From positions 1 through 64,000 of the forward strand of contig AP026179.1 in assembly GCA_030295235.1 (NCBI GenBank): a DNA stretch of 64,000 bases, read 5' to 3'. Below, piece by piece: positions 22,321-36,014 of the stretch. Every line of letters begins with the position of its first letter. The stretch's first letter is position 1. The notes below the pieces were generated by a model, which had not been told where the DNA came from, searched no databases, and saw only the letters and a program-made list of their open reading frames with translations. The position numbers and the translations under genes were made by a program. This stretch comes from Fistulifera solaris. Lineage: Eukaryota.

Positions 22321-25300
22321 ATGAGACGGAAACGTCCTGCTCTATTATTATTATTATTTCTTCTTTTTCGGCTGCTGCTGCTTTTGTTGTTGACAACAAC
22401 ATCCCGAAGCCAGTCTATGAGAGACATTGCTTCAAATACTACAACAACAATCAACGTAAAAGATATTTTATGGCAATTCTATCAAGCCACCAACGGACCG
22501 CAATGGAAACATCAAGAAGGATGGTCGCAGTTGTTGTTAATATTAGAGGAAGAACCATCGGTGTGCGATTGTTACGGTATTTTGTGTAACACGGCACAAC
22601 AAATTCAAGTGATTGGATTGGCAGGAAATCAATTGCTGGGCACTGTTCCTCCTGTGCTGTGGACCTTGCCTTATTTACAAGCGGTCGATTTGAGTTATAA
22701 TTCCATTCAAATCCAAGAATGGGCTCCGTCGTCTGCGTTACGACGATTGCGGTTGAGTGCAACTTCTTTACAAACGATGCCTGAACACTTTTCCCATTTA
22801 GAAGAATTGTTTTTGGATCAATGTGAGATCGGAATCAATCAAACACTGGAAACACTCGTGACCGTTTTGCCCACAACCCTGCAATCGTTGCATGTGTCGA
22901 GCAGTCAATGGCAAGGCACGATTCCTCCGGCCCTCGGAAGACGTTTGACGAGTTTGCGGCATTTGTATTTGCAAGAAAATGAATTGTCGGGGACGTTACC
23001 GGCAACGTTGGGGGAATTGATGTCGTTGCAATCGCTCGATGTGTCAGATAACCCGAAAATGATGTCCAGTACGTTGCCCACCGAATGGAATCAATTGCGA
23101 TCATTGCAAACCTTGCTATTGAATCGCTTACAATTGCAAGGAACATTACCCGCATGGCCAGATTTGACGCAATTGGAAGTCTTTGAAGCCATGGGGAATG
23201 CTTTGAATGGTTCCCTGCCCGTCTCGTTTTTGGAACATAGACCACATCGACCCTTGACGCTACGATTGTCGTCGAATCAATTGACGGGTTCCATTCCCTT
23301 GTCATTCCTAAATATTCCGCAATTACATATTGAGCTAATGGACAATCGTATCACGTCGATCAATGAAGCGTTTTGTACGCAAAGAGAATGGATGAGTGGT
23401 CAAGTCGGTGCCTGGCTCGAGGAACAAGGTCCCACCGCCAATGGATGTGATGCGCTCTTGTGTCCCATCGGAACCTTTAATAGACAAGGTCGCGTGACGG
23501 AGGGTCGTCAACCGTGTTTGCCGTGTCCTGACAACAACCAGTACATGGGACAAAATGAATGTGCTTCCAACATTACCCTGAACGAAGAAGTCTTGATATT
23601 GAATGAATTGTTTGTGGCAACGGGAGGCCATTATCATTGGAATGCAAGTCTCACACAGAATTGGACGAGATCGGGTGTTCCATTGTGTGATCGAGAAGGC
23701 GTCGTGTGTGGATGGCCGACTCCCGAACGGAATTCGGGAGTGACCGAATTGCGTTTGAAAGGCTATGGTTTGACGGGTACGATTCCCAGTCGTTTGTATC
23801 AACTACCCAAATTGCGCGAATTGGATGTATCGTTTAATCCAGTGGAAGTGGATTTTCGTGGCATCGAACAAGCGGAAATTTTGGAAATTGTGAAACTCAC
23901 CCAAACGCGAGTGAATTCACTGGCCGGAATCGAACGTGCGGGGTCGTTATTGCACGAATTGCACTGGGATCAGAATGCGGCGGGAGGTCCTTTACCCGTA
24001 GAAGAGCTCAAGCAACTGACTTCTTTGCGGAAACTCTATTTGGGCCAGAATCGTTTTAGTGGAACGCTTCCTTCCGAACTTTTTACATCGCTGACTCAAC
24101 TCGTCACTCTTTCGATCCATGACAATCCCCGACTTGCCGGTTCATTGCCAACGACGTTGGGCTTGCTGAAAGATTTGCAGATATTCGATGCTCACAAATG
24201 CAGCTGGAGTGGTAATATACCAACACAACTGGAACAGTTGACGAACTTGCGAAGACTCGCATTGTCGCAAGGGTCGCTGGGTGGGCCACTATTGTCGTTT
24301 TCTCAATCGACACACTTATCGGAACTCTATCTGAGTCGTAATCATTTTACCGGAAGCATCCCTGCGAGTTTATTGGAAAGCGTCGAAGCTTCCGTGTCGC
24401 TGCGAGTGGATGTTTCCTTTAACCAATTGACGGGAAGCATTCCAAGCCAGTTGTTGGGTTTTCAAAAGCTGAATCTGGATGTGGTGGGAAATGAGATGAC
24501 ATCGCTACTGGATGTCTGTGTTAATGACTCTTCTTCTTTACCAAGTGATTGGATGAATGGTGCAGTTACTGCAACCTCGCCATCTTGTGATGCTATAGCG
24601 TGTCGCCCGGGATACGCTTCCCTTTATGGCCGCTTTATCCAAGGGAGTGCGAATTCGACATGTCAGCCTTGTGTTGAATCCGACGAAGCTCCATTCTACG
24701 GCAGTATTCATTGTTTAAACTTGTTTGCCCAAAGAGAACGACGAACCCTTCTGTCTTTTTTATGAGGTTACACAGGGAAGCAATGGCTGGATTGCGGATA
24801 CCGATTGGTTGTCTGACGACGTTCCCATGTGTAATTGGCTTGGAGTCATTTGTGATGAGCGTCAACAACAAGTAAAACAACTCAACCTTGAATACAATGG
24901 TTTGAGTATAGACGACCCTTCCACTGATGTCATGCAAATCCTTTCGCATGGTCTACCCATGTTGGAGCAACTGGATCTCAAAGGAAATACCGCGTTGAAT
25001 TTGCGATTTGAAAATATTTCGAAAAATTGGAAGCTGCATGTTTTGGCAGTATCGGCCACAAATTTGACTAGTTTGAATGGTATAGAGGCTTTGGCTGGTA
25101 GTTTGTCGACTCTATTGGCTGCGGACAATGCTTTACAGGGGGAGATCCCCTCGGAGGTTTACGCCCTGACTAACTTGAAGCAGTTGTTTTTGAGCTACAA
25201 CGAACTGAATGGATCACTTTCTTCGAAAGTTGGCATGCTGTCGTCTTTGGAGTCTCTGTATTGGTCAAACAATATTCTTTCAGGGGCACTACCGACTGAG

Positions 25301-28044
25301 CTGGCAAAATTGACAAATTTGCGACAGTTGATTATGAATGAAAACGCATTGCAAGGACCGTTGCCCACCGAACTGAGCGAAATGTCCAAACTAGAGCAAC
25401 TTTGGCTACAGCAACAGAATGGGGACTATCCTCTCGGTGGACGATTGCCGTCATTTGCGAATGCAGCTCAGTTATGGTACATGGATCTATCGAACAACGG
25501 GTTAAGCGGCTCAATACCGACGAATTTTCTAAAGCATTCCAAGCGTCTCGCTGATAGCATCACAATTTTGTTGCAAAGCAACGACTTAACCGGTACTGTT
25601 CCGACGTCTCTCAGTCGATTCTCATCTTTGTATATAGACTTGGGAGATAACAAAATCACTGACCTTCCGCCAGTGTTATGCGATAACACAAATTGGATGA
25701 ATGGAGAGTTGTTACCTGGTTCGTGTGAATATGTAATGTGTCCGCCTGCGACATATAATCCAGCCAGACGACAAACTTCATCGGAGGAACCGTGCATCCC
25801 ATGTCCAGCTGAGCTTTCGGATACCAATGTGTTCTGGGGACGTTCGTTTTGCATGGAGATTGAATCCGAACAAGCGGTTTTGGAAAAATTGTTTCTTTCG
25901 ACTGATGGTAATTCCTGGGTCAGTAACACTCATTGGTTGTCGGATCGGCCGATTTGCTCCTGGTCTGGCATTGTTTGCGCCGGCGACCAGAACGATAACA
26001 AAGGTGTGACCGGTATAAAGTTAGCCGGAAATTTATTACGCGGGGCGTTACCGAATCAGGTCTGGGCATTACCCTTGTTAACGAGCTTGCAAGTGGAAAA
26101 CAACCCCGAACTGATTGTCGACTTTCGAGGAGCAAGTATGCTGACAAGCGTCTCGTTGTTGCAACTACTTAATATCGCCAATACTTCACTTACGTTTGGA
26201 TTGGAAGGTTTGACCCATTTCAAACGATTGCGTACTTTTACAGCGACACACATCACAGGCCGATTTCCCTTTGAATTGGTTGCGTTAGGTCAACTACAAT
26301 ATGTTGATGTGTCCAATTGTCATCTCATTGGAACACTTCCTACATTTGAATTTCCGCGGATACCACAGTGGAAGCAGTTTTACGCTCAGAATAATGACTT
26401 TCACGGGTCAATTCCTGAATCATGGGGACAACTGTCGCTGCTGGAAAAATTGGGTACGTTTCTAGTCTTGTTTGTCTTCCACCAATTCGTGTCCACTCAT
26501 CAACATTGCTCCCAGATGTAAGTGAAAATCTTTTAAGCGGATCGGTACCATCGTCCATTGCCAATCTACCGCACCTTAAGGTTTTTTCGTTGAAACGGAA
26601 AGAGAAACCCGGGCAGAAACTGTCGGGGTTTATTCCCAACTTTGCTGAAGCGTCAGAGCTGGAGAGCTTAGATTTGGCTTTCAATGAATTGTCAAGTTCA
26701 CTCCCAGACGACTTTTTACAAACAGCTTTCCGAGTTCATTCCGTTGACATTAGTCATAACGCAATTCAGGGAACGCTCCCGTCCAGTTTGGATTTCTTGC
26801 CGCCGAACTTGAACATTTTGATGGAAGAAAATCAAATCTCCGGCGTTCCCTTGGAACTTTGCGACAACAAGGAGTGGATGCTAGGACGGGTGGGTGAAGT
26901 AGGAAGCTGCCAAGCAATTTTGTGCCCACCGAAAACGTGGGCTCCAACAGGACGCAGTATTGATGACGAACCATGTCTGCCCTGCGAGGAAGCTTACAGC
27001 GCAACCCAGTACTACGGCAGTACACAGTGTCTACCTGCGGTTGATGATCGGTCTATTTTGGTGGAACTGTATCAAGCCACACGAGGACCTGATTGGGTTC
27101 GGCACGACTTTTGGAATACTCGGACGGATGTCTGTGAATGGTTCGGTGTCGGGTGCGATCCACGACGTAATGTTATTTTGCTGAATCTGGAACACAACGG
27201 TCTTTTGGGTACGATTCCGACCTCACTTTGGCGCTTACCGAAACTGCAATATTTGAATTTGGGTTTCAATCAACTTTCAATAGCATTGGAGTCGTCTTAT
27301 CGAGCGAAGAACTTACTCGTCTTGAGCTTGAATGCAGCAGGCCGTGTCGACCTGACTGGATTGGATCGACTATCAACATTGAGTGTCCTGGAATTAAGCT
27401 CCAACGGACTCCGTGGATCATTTCCAACTCAAATTCTTGACGTATCGAACCTACGCGTTCTACGACTACAAGACAATCAATTGACGGGGACGATCCCATC
27501 TTCCTTCGCATCGCTGAACTATCTCCGAGTCCTTCATTTACAGCAGAATCGTCTCGTAGGCCCTGTGCCGGCACTGACTCAATCCGTTTCACTCGAACAT
27601 GTTGATTTATCCAACAATGGTTTCCACGGCAGTATTCCAGCCAATTTCCTTTCTCATGTTCCAATCTTTTCGAATAAATCCATTCATATCAACATGTCTC
27701 ACAACCAATTGACCGGTGAGATTCCGGAATCACTGACTCGATTCGAATATTTCAATTTGACATTGGGTGGCAACCAAATCACTTCGCTCTCTTCTGAATT
27801 TTGTAAGAAACGGAATTGGAACGAAGTGACTGGTTGCAATGGCATTCTGTGTCCACCCCGCACATGGAGCTCCACAGGATATCAGTCTCGCACCGAATCC
27901 TGTCGGCCGTGTCGGTCGGTGGATGCTCCTGTGGCCAATTGGTACGGTCAAACGACGTGTCTCGATGCTTCCGTGGCATCGCATCTGTTTACCGTTCTCC
28001 CTTGGGGACTTGTGTTATTCTCCCTGTATCTCCTACTTATTTAA
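22321..28044 (+). CDS. Large secreted/surface LRR protein with five LRRNT-LRR-Cys-rich modules; frameshift at the T-run near 24760, intron 26454-26515
   Basis: Signal peptide; plant-type LxLxxNxLxGxIP repeats; five LxxxYxATxGxxW-type caps and five C..LCP.G....GR....C.PC-type ends; hydrophobic C-terminal tail with no cytosolic domain. Confidence 0.88.
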
Positions 28045-28195
28045 TAACATACTAACTATAATAACGACTTGAGTCCTTTCCGGGTGCTGTTGACAAATGA
28101 GATCCTAGCATTACTCGTTCTACAAACAACCTACACTCCAAGAGAAGTAGATCCATGTTTACTCTTTTTAGTAGTAATAATAGAACTAATGTCTC

Positions 28196-29143
28196 TTAGA
28201 TCGAAGAAACAAAGGCCGCCAAAGCCGCCACGGATTCTTTTGCGAAGCCGCACAGGCCTCTTGGTTCTTGCGTCGGGCATTGATATCGGTGGATTCAATG
28301 GCCTTGAAGAACGCCGTCGCCTTTTTCTTTTGCTCGGGCGTCTGGGCCAAGTATCGTACAGCCGCACGCGTTTCTCCCATGTAACGATCCAACTCGGTGG
28401 TGACTTCGAACCAAGCCTTCTTCTCAATGAATTTGGGCAACTTATCGAGGCGTTTCTTGGTTTCGGCCAAGACGGCCTTCTTTTTCCAGCAATGGAAGGA
28501 TCGGCAGGGTTGAAAAGAGAGCCATCACCAGCTTCACCGTAAACCGAGTAGGGCGAGTAGAGCTTGGAGGATTGATCCGTTCCGTAGGCGGCTCCTTCCG
28601 AGTAAGACGATCCGTCACCAATCAAACCAAAAACCGAGAATCGGGGGGATTCACCGACGGCCGCATTTGCCGCGGCGGGAAGAAAAGGCCGCACCGATGG
28701 CAGCGGCTCCCGCGGAAACAACTTCACGGCGGGATGCTTCCTGTAAATGAAAGAACGAGTTAGATATAAGAGAGAGAAAAAGAGGGGAAAGGTAAGGGAA
28801 ATGAAAGGAAACAAGTCATTTCAGGATGAAATGAGAAAGATTGACGAGAGAGAAAGGGGAAAGAGTCGTATGGCGTTCGCCGGTAATCTGATAACAGTGA
28901 TTCAAGAAAGAGCGAGAGTAAACAGTTCATTTTCGGCTCAAAAAGTCGCTTCCAATTACTCGCGGCGCTTGATGGCTCTTGTGTAACTATACGAAAGCGT
29001 CTCTTTCAACTCCGTTCTCCTCCTTTCGTTCTTTCTTTCTTTCTCTCTCTCTCTCTCTCTCTCTTCTTCCTCCTCATTCTTTTGCTTACCTGCGAGAAAG
29101 CAGCAGCAGAAACAACAAGAGAAGCAGCAATAGCGATCTTCAT
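28196..29143 (-). CDS. psbQ: Photosystem II extrinsic protein PsbQ' (OEE3); exon 1 29143-29090, intron 28741-29089, about 3 homopolymer frameshifts
   Basis: MKIAIAASLVVSAAAF presequence, twin-Arg SRRE lumen signal, and mature AVGESPRFSVFGLIGDGSSYSEGAAYGTDQ...LAETKKRL...WFEVTTELDRYMGETR matching diatom PsbQ'. Confidence 0.88.
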
Positions 29144-29774
29144 GGTGACTTTTTTTTGTTGGGTGTAGCAGTGATATTGGTTGTTATTGTTGCGGTTGAA
29201 ACGCTCTTGTCAAAATCTTGCGACTGTGGGACGTGCGTATCTTGATGAGTTCAACTCAACTCGTTGTTGTATGACGTCGAGAGAATAAAAACCGAGGTTC
29301 CGGAATGTAAATCTTGAGCAAAAGGGATCCAGATTCCTTCCAGTCGGATTCCATACCGCTACGACATTGGAAAATGTTCGCTTTCTGCGTGACGAAGGAC
29401 GGAACGAGGTACGCTGGCGCGTTTTGTGTTCATAGCATTTAGATATCCTAGTACCGTATTGGGATATAGGACGTTTTATTTTATCACATTATCTTGATGA
29501 GTACCAGCAACGGACAGTCCTTGTGAGGCGAACGTTGATCGCCCAACGTCGCTTGCGTAAAACGGCAGCAGCCCCGAGCAAAACCTTCGTTGTTGTGTTG
29601 CTGTTGTTGCGTTTCTTAATCTCAATAAACAAAGTGTTCTTTGCAACTCAAACGTTCTATTTCTCTCAATTAATCTAATCTGCATGAACGAAGTGATCGG
29701 TCGCTAAAAACATCGTTTTCTATTTATTATTATTCCTTTCGGCAATTCACAGACTCCTTCACGACTAATACAAA

Positions 29775-30659
29775 ATGAAATCGCACATTCTGGTGTACTT
29801 GTTGTCGTGCCTCTTCGCGACAACCACAGCAGCTCCGGCTCTGGTGTGGAAGAATGGTACATCGCAAACACCGACAATGCATCATTCGGAAGATATTTCC
29901 ATTCAATCGTTACTGCCGCAACAACAAGGAGTTGTGTTTGTCTTGCAACGTCGTTCGGACGGGGAAGAAGCTTTATCAGCCATGGCATCGCAATTGACAC
30001 AAACGGCCACTGTCCCGGCGCACTGTCAACATCATTCCGTTACAGGTGTCACCAGTGCACATTTGTTGGCTCGTTCTGTTACCAGTAGTGCCGAAGTGAC
30101 CCTGGAAGAATACGTGCAGTTGCCGCAAGTCATTCAACAATTGAAAACAGCTTCCAAGGCTAATAATAAAGTTTCGATGAAATCGAAACAACGAGCCCAA
30201 GCGTTGGAAACAGCGACAGTGTTGTTTGTAACGGTCGATACGGAACAGGATAATCTTCAACAATTGGATCAAGCTGTGGTGCAAGCCATTCATAAAGAAC
30301 CGCACGTGGTCCTCACGGCGGTACGTTCGTTGCAAGAAATCAATCAAGAAAAGGAACAGGCCATGCAATATACGATGCAAATGCATCGAGAAGCCGGTCG
30401 AGTTCAAGCCGCACAACGCCGTCGTTTGGAAGAAGATGCCGACCAACAGGGACAAGACAATGCGCAAGAGAATATGCAAATCAACAACAATCAATACGAG
30501 TACATGGTCTTGGTGCACATGACACCTAATATCTTGTCGGGAATCTTGTTTACTATCTTGTTTGCGACCATTACTTTGATTGGCATTACTTGTATGGGGT
30601 CCATTCAAGGACAAGATGTTTATGTCAAGAAGATGCCTTCCATTGGGCGTGAAGCGTAA
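29775..30659 (+). CDS. V-ATPase accessory subunit S1/VOA1 (Ac45)-like type I membrane protein
   Basis: Signal peptide ending APALVW; C-terminal MTPNILSGILFTILFATITLIGITCMGSIQ resembles the Ac45/VOA1 TM domain; RRRL upstream. Confidence 0.6.
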   Translation: MKSHILVYLLSCLFATTTAAPALVWKNGTSQTPTMHHSEDISIQSLLPQQQGVVFVLQRRSDGEEALSAMASQLTQTATVPAHCQHHSVTGVTSAHLLARSVTSSAEVTLEEYVQLPQVIQQLKTASKANNKVSMKSKQRAQALETATVLFVTVDTEQDNLQQLDQAVVQAIHKEPHVVLTAVRSLQEINQEKEQAMQYTMQMHREAGRVQAAQRRRLEEDADQQGQDNAQENMQINNNQYEYMVLVHMTPNILSGILFTILFATITLIGITCMGSIQGQDVYVKKMPSIGREA

Positions 30660-30953
30660 GGAAATGAAAATTAGTGGTGGTAAATAACAAATAAAAAAAT
30701 AGTGTCAATCCAATAACAGTCTTTTGAAGTTCCTTCAGCTGTAGATCGAGCTTGCGTGCTCCTATAATATGATCGTAGCCAGCGGGTGTTCCGAGGCCAG
30801 CACATACAATGCGCCTCGCCGTCCAAGCACCAATACATACATCGAGTTTATCCAAACACAATGTTATTGACTCGAAACGTAATATTGAGTTTCTATAGTT
30901 ACGAGAAGGAGGCAATTCCCTGCTGCACTAGCAAAAGAAACAAACTACGCTGT

Positions 30954-32287
30954 TTACTCAATCTTGGCGTAAAAGATACCCTTGGTCAAGACCTTCTTGG
31001 GGATCTTGGATCCCATGTCGGTATCACCCAATTGCGTGGCAACAAAGACTCCACCGATTTCGCTTTCCTCCGCGTTCACCTTGTTGACTTCCATTTCGAT
31101 ACGTCCGGTCGTGACGTCGAATGTCTTGTTGTTCTCCTTGAACAATTCGTCGTCACCCTCTTCTCCAGATTGCAGAGCGGGAAGAGCCACGGCCATGTCG
31201 TAACCAGTGGTACCACCACGTCCCTTGGGGTCCAAGAAGAGACCCGTACGGTAGGAAGGAGTGTTGAAGTTACCTCCCATTTGGAAACCCGGCTTGAAGG
31301 CCGGTCCGTCACCCTTGGCCACGAGTTCCTTGACCGTAAAGAGGAAGGGAACACGTTCACCTCCGGGCAACTGCACCGTGGTGGGAGCGTAATCAATACC
31401 TTCTTCCTCACGGAAGACAATCTTGCCACCATCGTTGGAAAGGGATCCTTCAATGCCCTCCAACGTGTAGGTCTGACGGGTCATGACCTTGGAGTTGACG
31501 AATTTCTTTTCCGTCTTTCCGGCACGGCCGATTTCTTCCTCAACGGCCCAGGCCTTGGGCTCAATGCACATGTCTACCAAGCGGGCACCGGGCTTGGGAG
31601 TGATAGTGTCCTCACCGACGACTTCGGCACAACGGTTCGCGAGACCGGTTCCCTTGACTTGCAAGTACGAAAGGGAGTTGATTTCGGACTTGGTCAAAGC
31701 ATGAGCGGGGGCCGTGGCCATACCAAAGGCCAGAGCACCGACCAAAGCGGCCTTTCCGGCGTTGGCAAGGTCCTCTTTCAAGGACATTTGCAAAGCCGAG
31801 TTGCGCTGTGTTTTTATGAAAACAGTAGAGAGGAAAAGAGAGAGAGTGAGTACGTGAACTTGTAAATGATTTTTTGTGTAATGATAATAATAAAAACAAA
31901 CAACAAGGAAATAACGAAATGATAGGGATCAAACGAAACGATCATCAAGGTAGCCACAATTCAATTCATCGCTGATAGCGGATCATTAGCTGTGCTCTTG
32001 CTCGCTGCTCCTTCCGTTCATCGCTTTTAATCCTTTGCCTATCAAGCAAACTGCAACCCATTCACATGCGAGTCATTACGGATAGATTATCGATCGAAAG
32101 GGTACTAACTCCTTTCAATACACGAAAAAGGAGCGGCGCCTCTTCTCTCTTTCTTGCGATCGCTTCCCTCACTTCTTGCTATTCATCACAAGGACTGATC
32201 GATAATACTCACACTCGCCAAAGGAGCCGGGGCAAATGCCGAGGCCGAAGCCACGAAAGCAAGAGAGCAAGCAGCAGAGAACTTCAT
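30954..32287 (-). CDS. psbO: Photosystem II oxygen-evolving enhancer protein 1 PsbO; exon 1 32287-32213, intron 31806-32212
   Basis: MKFSAACSLAFVASASAFAP bipartite presequence; YLQVKGTGLANRC, GIDYAPTTVQLPGGERVPFLFTVK and FLDPKGRGGTTGYD. Confidence 0.97.
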
Positions 32288-33160
32288 GGTCGTTATTGGA
32301 TATGTACCAGTATTGGAATCAAATAGCGATGTGAGAAAGCGAAAGGCAAACAACAACACACACCAGCAGCAACGAAGATATTTTGTTACGGCTTCGCCAA
32401 AGGAGACATCAAGTTGAGGATGTATCTTTGTCACTGTTCGACCCGATTCCGTCCTTCACAAGTTATGGCAGTGTCAAAAGGCACGTCATGGTTCCGGAAC
32501 CGCGTTCGTTGAAAACCACTCACGAACAATGGATTGGCAGAATTCCCTACCGAAACGGTTACGTCAGTCGATATAGCGCGGAGGAACCGCGAGGTGCCGG
32601 AAGATGTCGGTGTGGTACACAATCAAGCTAAGTAAAGTAGTTTTTGAGGCTGCGTTCATGATCATCATGATCTTCTCATCCGAGCGACGTTTGATAATAT
32701 AAAGTCTGTAAATAGCACTAGCTTCTAGCTTCTAAACGTTAATCTACCAACATAATCTTGTATTTGTAAGCTTAAAAGGGTATCAGATTAGTGAGCTCAA
32801 GTGAACGGATGGTGCTCTCCTTGTTTGCAGGACTGACAATAATCCAGTCACGTATCCATGAATCTACAATTTGGGTCGAGAGTCACAATTCACCATCGCA
32901 CTGTAACTCGAATGAATAAGATGACGTCACGTGACCGAGTCCTGAAGGATCGTCCGTCCTTCGATTGCAAATGTCTCGTTTTTGCGGCATTTTATTATTA
33001 TTTTTCGTCACGCTCGTTCTATTTTATGTATTACGGAGTATTATTTCTTCGTTTTCGCCCTCTTGTCGTTCTATGCTTTGTACTTGTAATTGCTCATTAC
33101 CAGCCATCCTACTTCACCCTTAACACTCGGCTTTCAATAGAAAATTAGAAGCAGTTATAA

Positions 33161-34457
33161 ATGTCCTCAGCAGACGATTTAATAGACAACAACAATCAAG
33201 AAGAGACCCCTTCGTCGTCATCTTCCAAACGACCCCGATTATCGGAGGAGGAAGAAGAAGAAAGAGGAGGAGATGATGATGATGATGAAAGCGTATCGAT
33301 TGATTTAGATTCACTCGATCGGGAATCCCTCATGGCGTTGTTGACGCAAATATCGGCGTCGCAAAACATTCCTCTTTCCGTCTTGTTACAATCGTTAAAT
33401 CAGCAGCCGTTTGATGATGACGATGATGATGATGAAGACATTGAATATCCTTTCGGAACAGTACCCACCAATTTACAACAAGTTGCAGAGTTTATACAGA
33501 GTGACCAATGTCAACGTATTCTTGTGTTGGCGGGGGCGGGCATGAGTGTTGCGGCCGGCATTCCCGATTATCGCAGTGAGAATGGCTTTTATGCTACTTT
33601 ATCCGCCCATCAACTCACGGCGACGCCACAACAACAAGCCGCGATACAACAAGACAAGACGTTTGCCTTAGATCAACACTTGTTTTTGGAGAATCCATTG
33701 CCGTGTTTGGAATTGAAACGTGATTTCATTTTGGGTGTCCACGAACAACGTTGGAAGCCGACCTTGGCGCATCGGTTTTGTGCCCTTCTCGCGCAACAAC
33801 ATTCTCACAAACTCGTCCGATGGTATACACAAAACATTGATGGCTTGGAAGATTTGTCAACGTTGGGAGAAAAAGTAGTACATGTCCATGGGACCATGTC
33901 CCAAGCGGATTGTGCTCATTGTGGGGCAAGGCAAGACACGGCCGCCTTTCATCAACACGTCAAAACACACATTAAAGATGTCACCGGACACGATCCCACG
34001 GCACCGACCACATCGCAGCCGATGCGGTGTAGTCACTGTCACCAACCGGGCGTGAAACCAGCCATTGTCTTGTTTCGCAGTAGTTTGCCCAAAGTCTTTT
34101 TTTGAACGATTGCCACAAGACCTACCAGACATTGATTTGTTGTTGATTTTGGGGACCTCATTGCGGGTCGCCCCCGCCAATTCCATTGTCTGGCGCGTTC
34201 CTTCCACATGCTTGCGGGTCGTCATCAATCGGGAACCTGTCGGACAGCATTTGGGGATTCGACACTCTAACAGTCGAAGAGACTTTCATGCGGCCGGTGA
34301 TTGTGAACACGTTGTATTGGAATTGATGGAACATTTGGGATGGTTGTCCTTGTTGGAAGATTGTGTTGATGATTTGCCACCCAGTAGCGCACAACTGTTG
34401 CGGGATAAGTTAAACGAAAAGAAGCAGCAGCAGTCGCAGGAGTGTGGCAAGCAATGA
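33161..34457 (+). CDS. NAD-dependent deacetylase, Sir2 family (SIRT2-like); frameshift at the T-run near 34100
   Basis: GAGMSVAAGIPDYRS, YTQNIDGLE, HVHGT, CAHC...CSHC zinc ribbon, KPAIVLF and LGTSLRVAPA. Confidence 0.92.
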
Positions 34458-35171
34458 GATTCGGTGAAAAGTGACCAAGTGGATGATACATTGTCATGAG
34501 AGTGCTAATGTAGGACCCGAAGATTCAAAGAAAGGCTTTTGATGACGGACTTTCATGTTGACACCCAACATTCGCGTCAAGGGCCCAATGTACATGTTTC
34601 AGCCTGGATGAGACTTGGACGATGATGAACGTCGACTACAGTTGGGCAACATTGCGGCTGCACTATTTCGCTAGGCCAGATTTCGCAAATGCCGTCAACA
34701 TATAGAAGTGTGGATTCATGAATGCCGATGCCGAATAATGGTATGCGACAAAACGCTACGCAATACTACTCATATTCTCTTTTTTTTCGTGTCGCATTTT
34801 TCTTATGTATGATTCCTATGGATTCAACACCTGCGTTACCGTCAAAAAATGAATTTTTTGAATACAAATTCAGCTATCCTTCCAGAACCCACTCTCTTAC
34901 GTTTCAGTCATAGACTCGTCGATGACACCCCGTAGCTGACGTAACTCGTCCATGGTTTTCGGATTGTTATGTGCCAGAATACTCATAGCCGTTCGATCGC
35001 AAATATTTTCCCAAGTGACATTCTCGGATATACTCCAATAGATCACCTTGGAATATAAATTAGTTTCTCGCGCATCCGCACGATATGCGTCTTCTACATC
35101 ATCGTCGTCACTGGAATCACTATTCGTATGGTCATTATTGTGCTCCAGTCGGGGTCGATGAGGTCTCGTTG

Positions 35172-35686
35172 TCAAAGTAGTCCACTATTCCGGATGAAAC
35201 ACGGCATCCTCGATCTTTTTACCACACGCGACGGAGAATCCTTACACAGACGAGCCAAACACTGCCACCCAGCAGCCGAACAATCCAAGAGAAAGTGTAT
35301 GGCATTGAATCGAAAAGGCCCGTTTCCTTTGCCAGCTCTTCCAGATTCATAAAGAAGGCAGCCGTTTGGCAATGGCATCGTATGTCGCCCACAATAAACA
35401 ATTTTGGAGTTGTTTTGCCAAAACTCAAGGACAGAAGATTCCTCCCTTTCTTGGGTGAGTCGTAAATATCATCAGGAAAGACCCAACTAAGCGTGCCGTT
35501 TTCCCGCCAAATGGCCATTCGTTGTTGTTTAGAATGAAACATCTCTTGTAGATTGTTAGGACTGCGAAGAAACTTGCACATTGGAACTTCACCGGCTGTG
35601 CTCCAGCAATCGACCTGCTCGGGCTGGAGAAGGGGAGAAGGAATCATTGCCAACAACAAGCTAGGGTCTTCGTTCCTGTATTCCAT
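35172..35686 (-). pseudogene. Truncated member of the lineage-specific 'PEQ...IWRENGT' family
   Basis: LLLAMIPSPLLQPEQ...KFLRSPNNLQE...AIWRENGT, then a frameshift into TAAFFMNL and loss of the rest. Confidence 0.6.
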
Positions 35687-36014
35687 TTCGTGCGAGGTGT
35701 TAATTTAAGCAAATGAAATAGTGAGAATCGACTCGATGCAGTTTGGTAGTAGATTCGAGAACGGAGAAATGGAAGCAAAAATGACAGCAGCACAATAATG
35801 AAGCTTGAGCATGATTGTCGCGACGCTGATGCGCGTCTCATGACTCATGACGGAGATCCAGCAGTGAGGAGACACGGCCATATATTCGTCAGGTTAAGGA
35901 AACTTGCGAAGAAGTAGAAATCGGTGCCGAACGCTGCTTCTTCATCGGTCACACTCAATCTCAGGGTATGAAGTGACTTGTGATGGGACGCTACATCAGA
36001 ACTCATAGAGAACG

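Noticed and set aside
30786..31865. 359-aa plus-strand ORF
   Set aside because: Antisense shadow of the strongly codon-biased psbO.
5529..34457. Programmed ribosomal frameshifting in thiolase, SLC34, psbQ' and sirtuin
   Set aside because: Too many unrelated genes, mixed directions and homopolymer sites; sequencing error is far more parsimonious.
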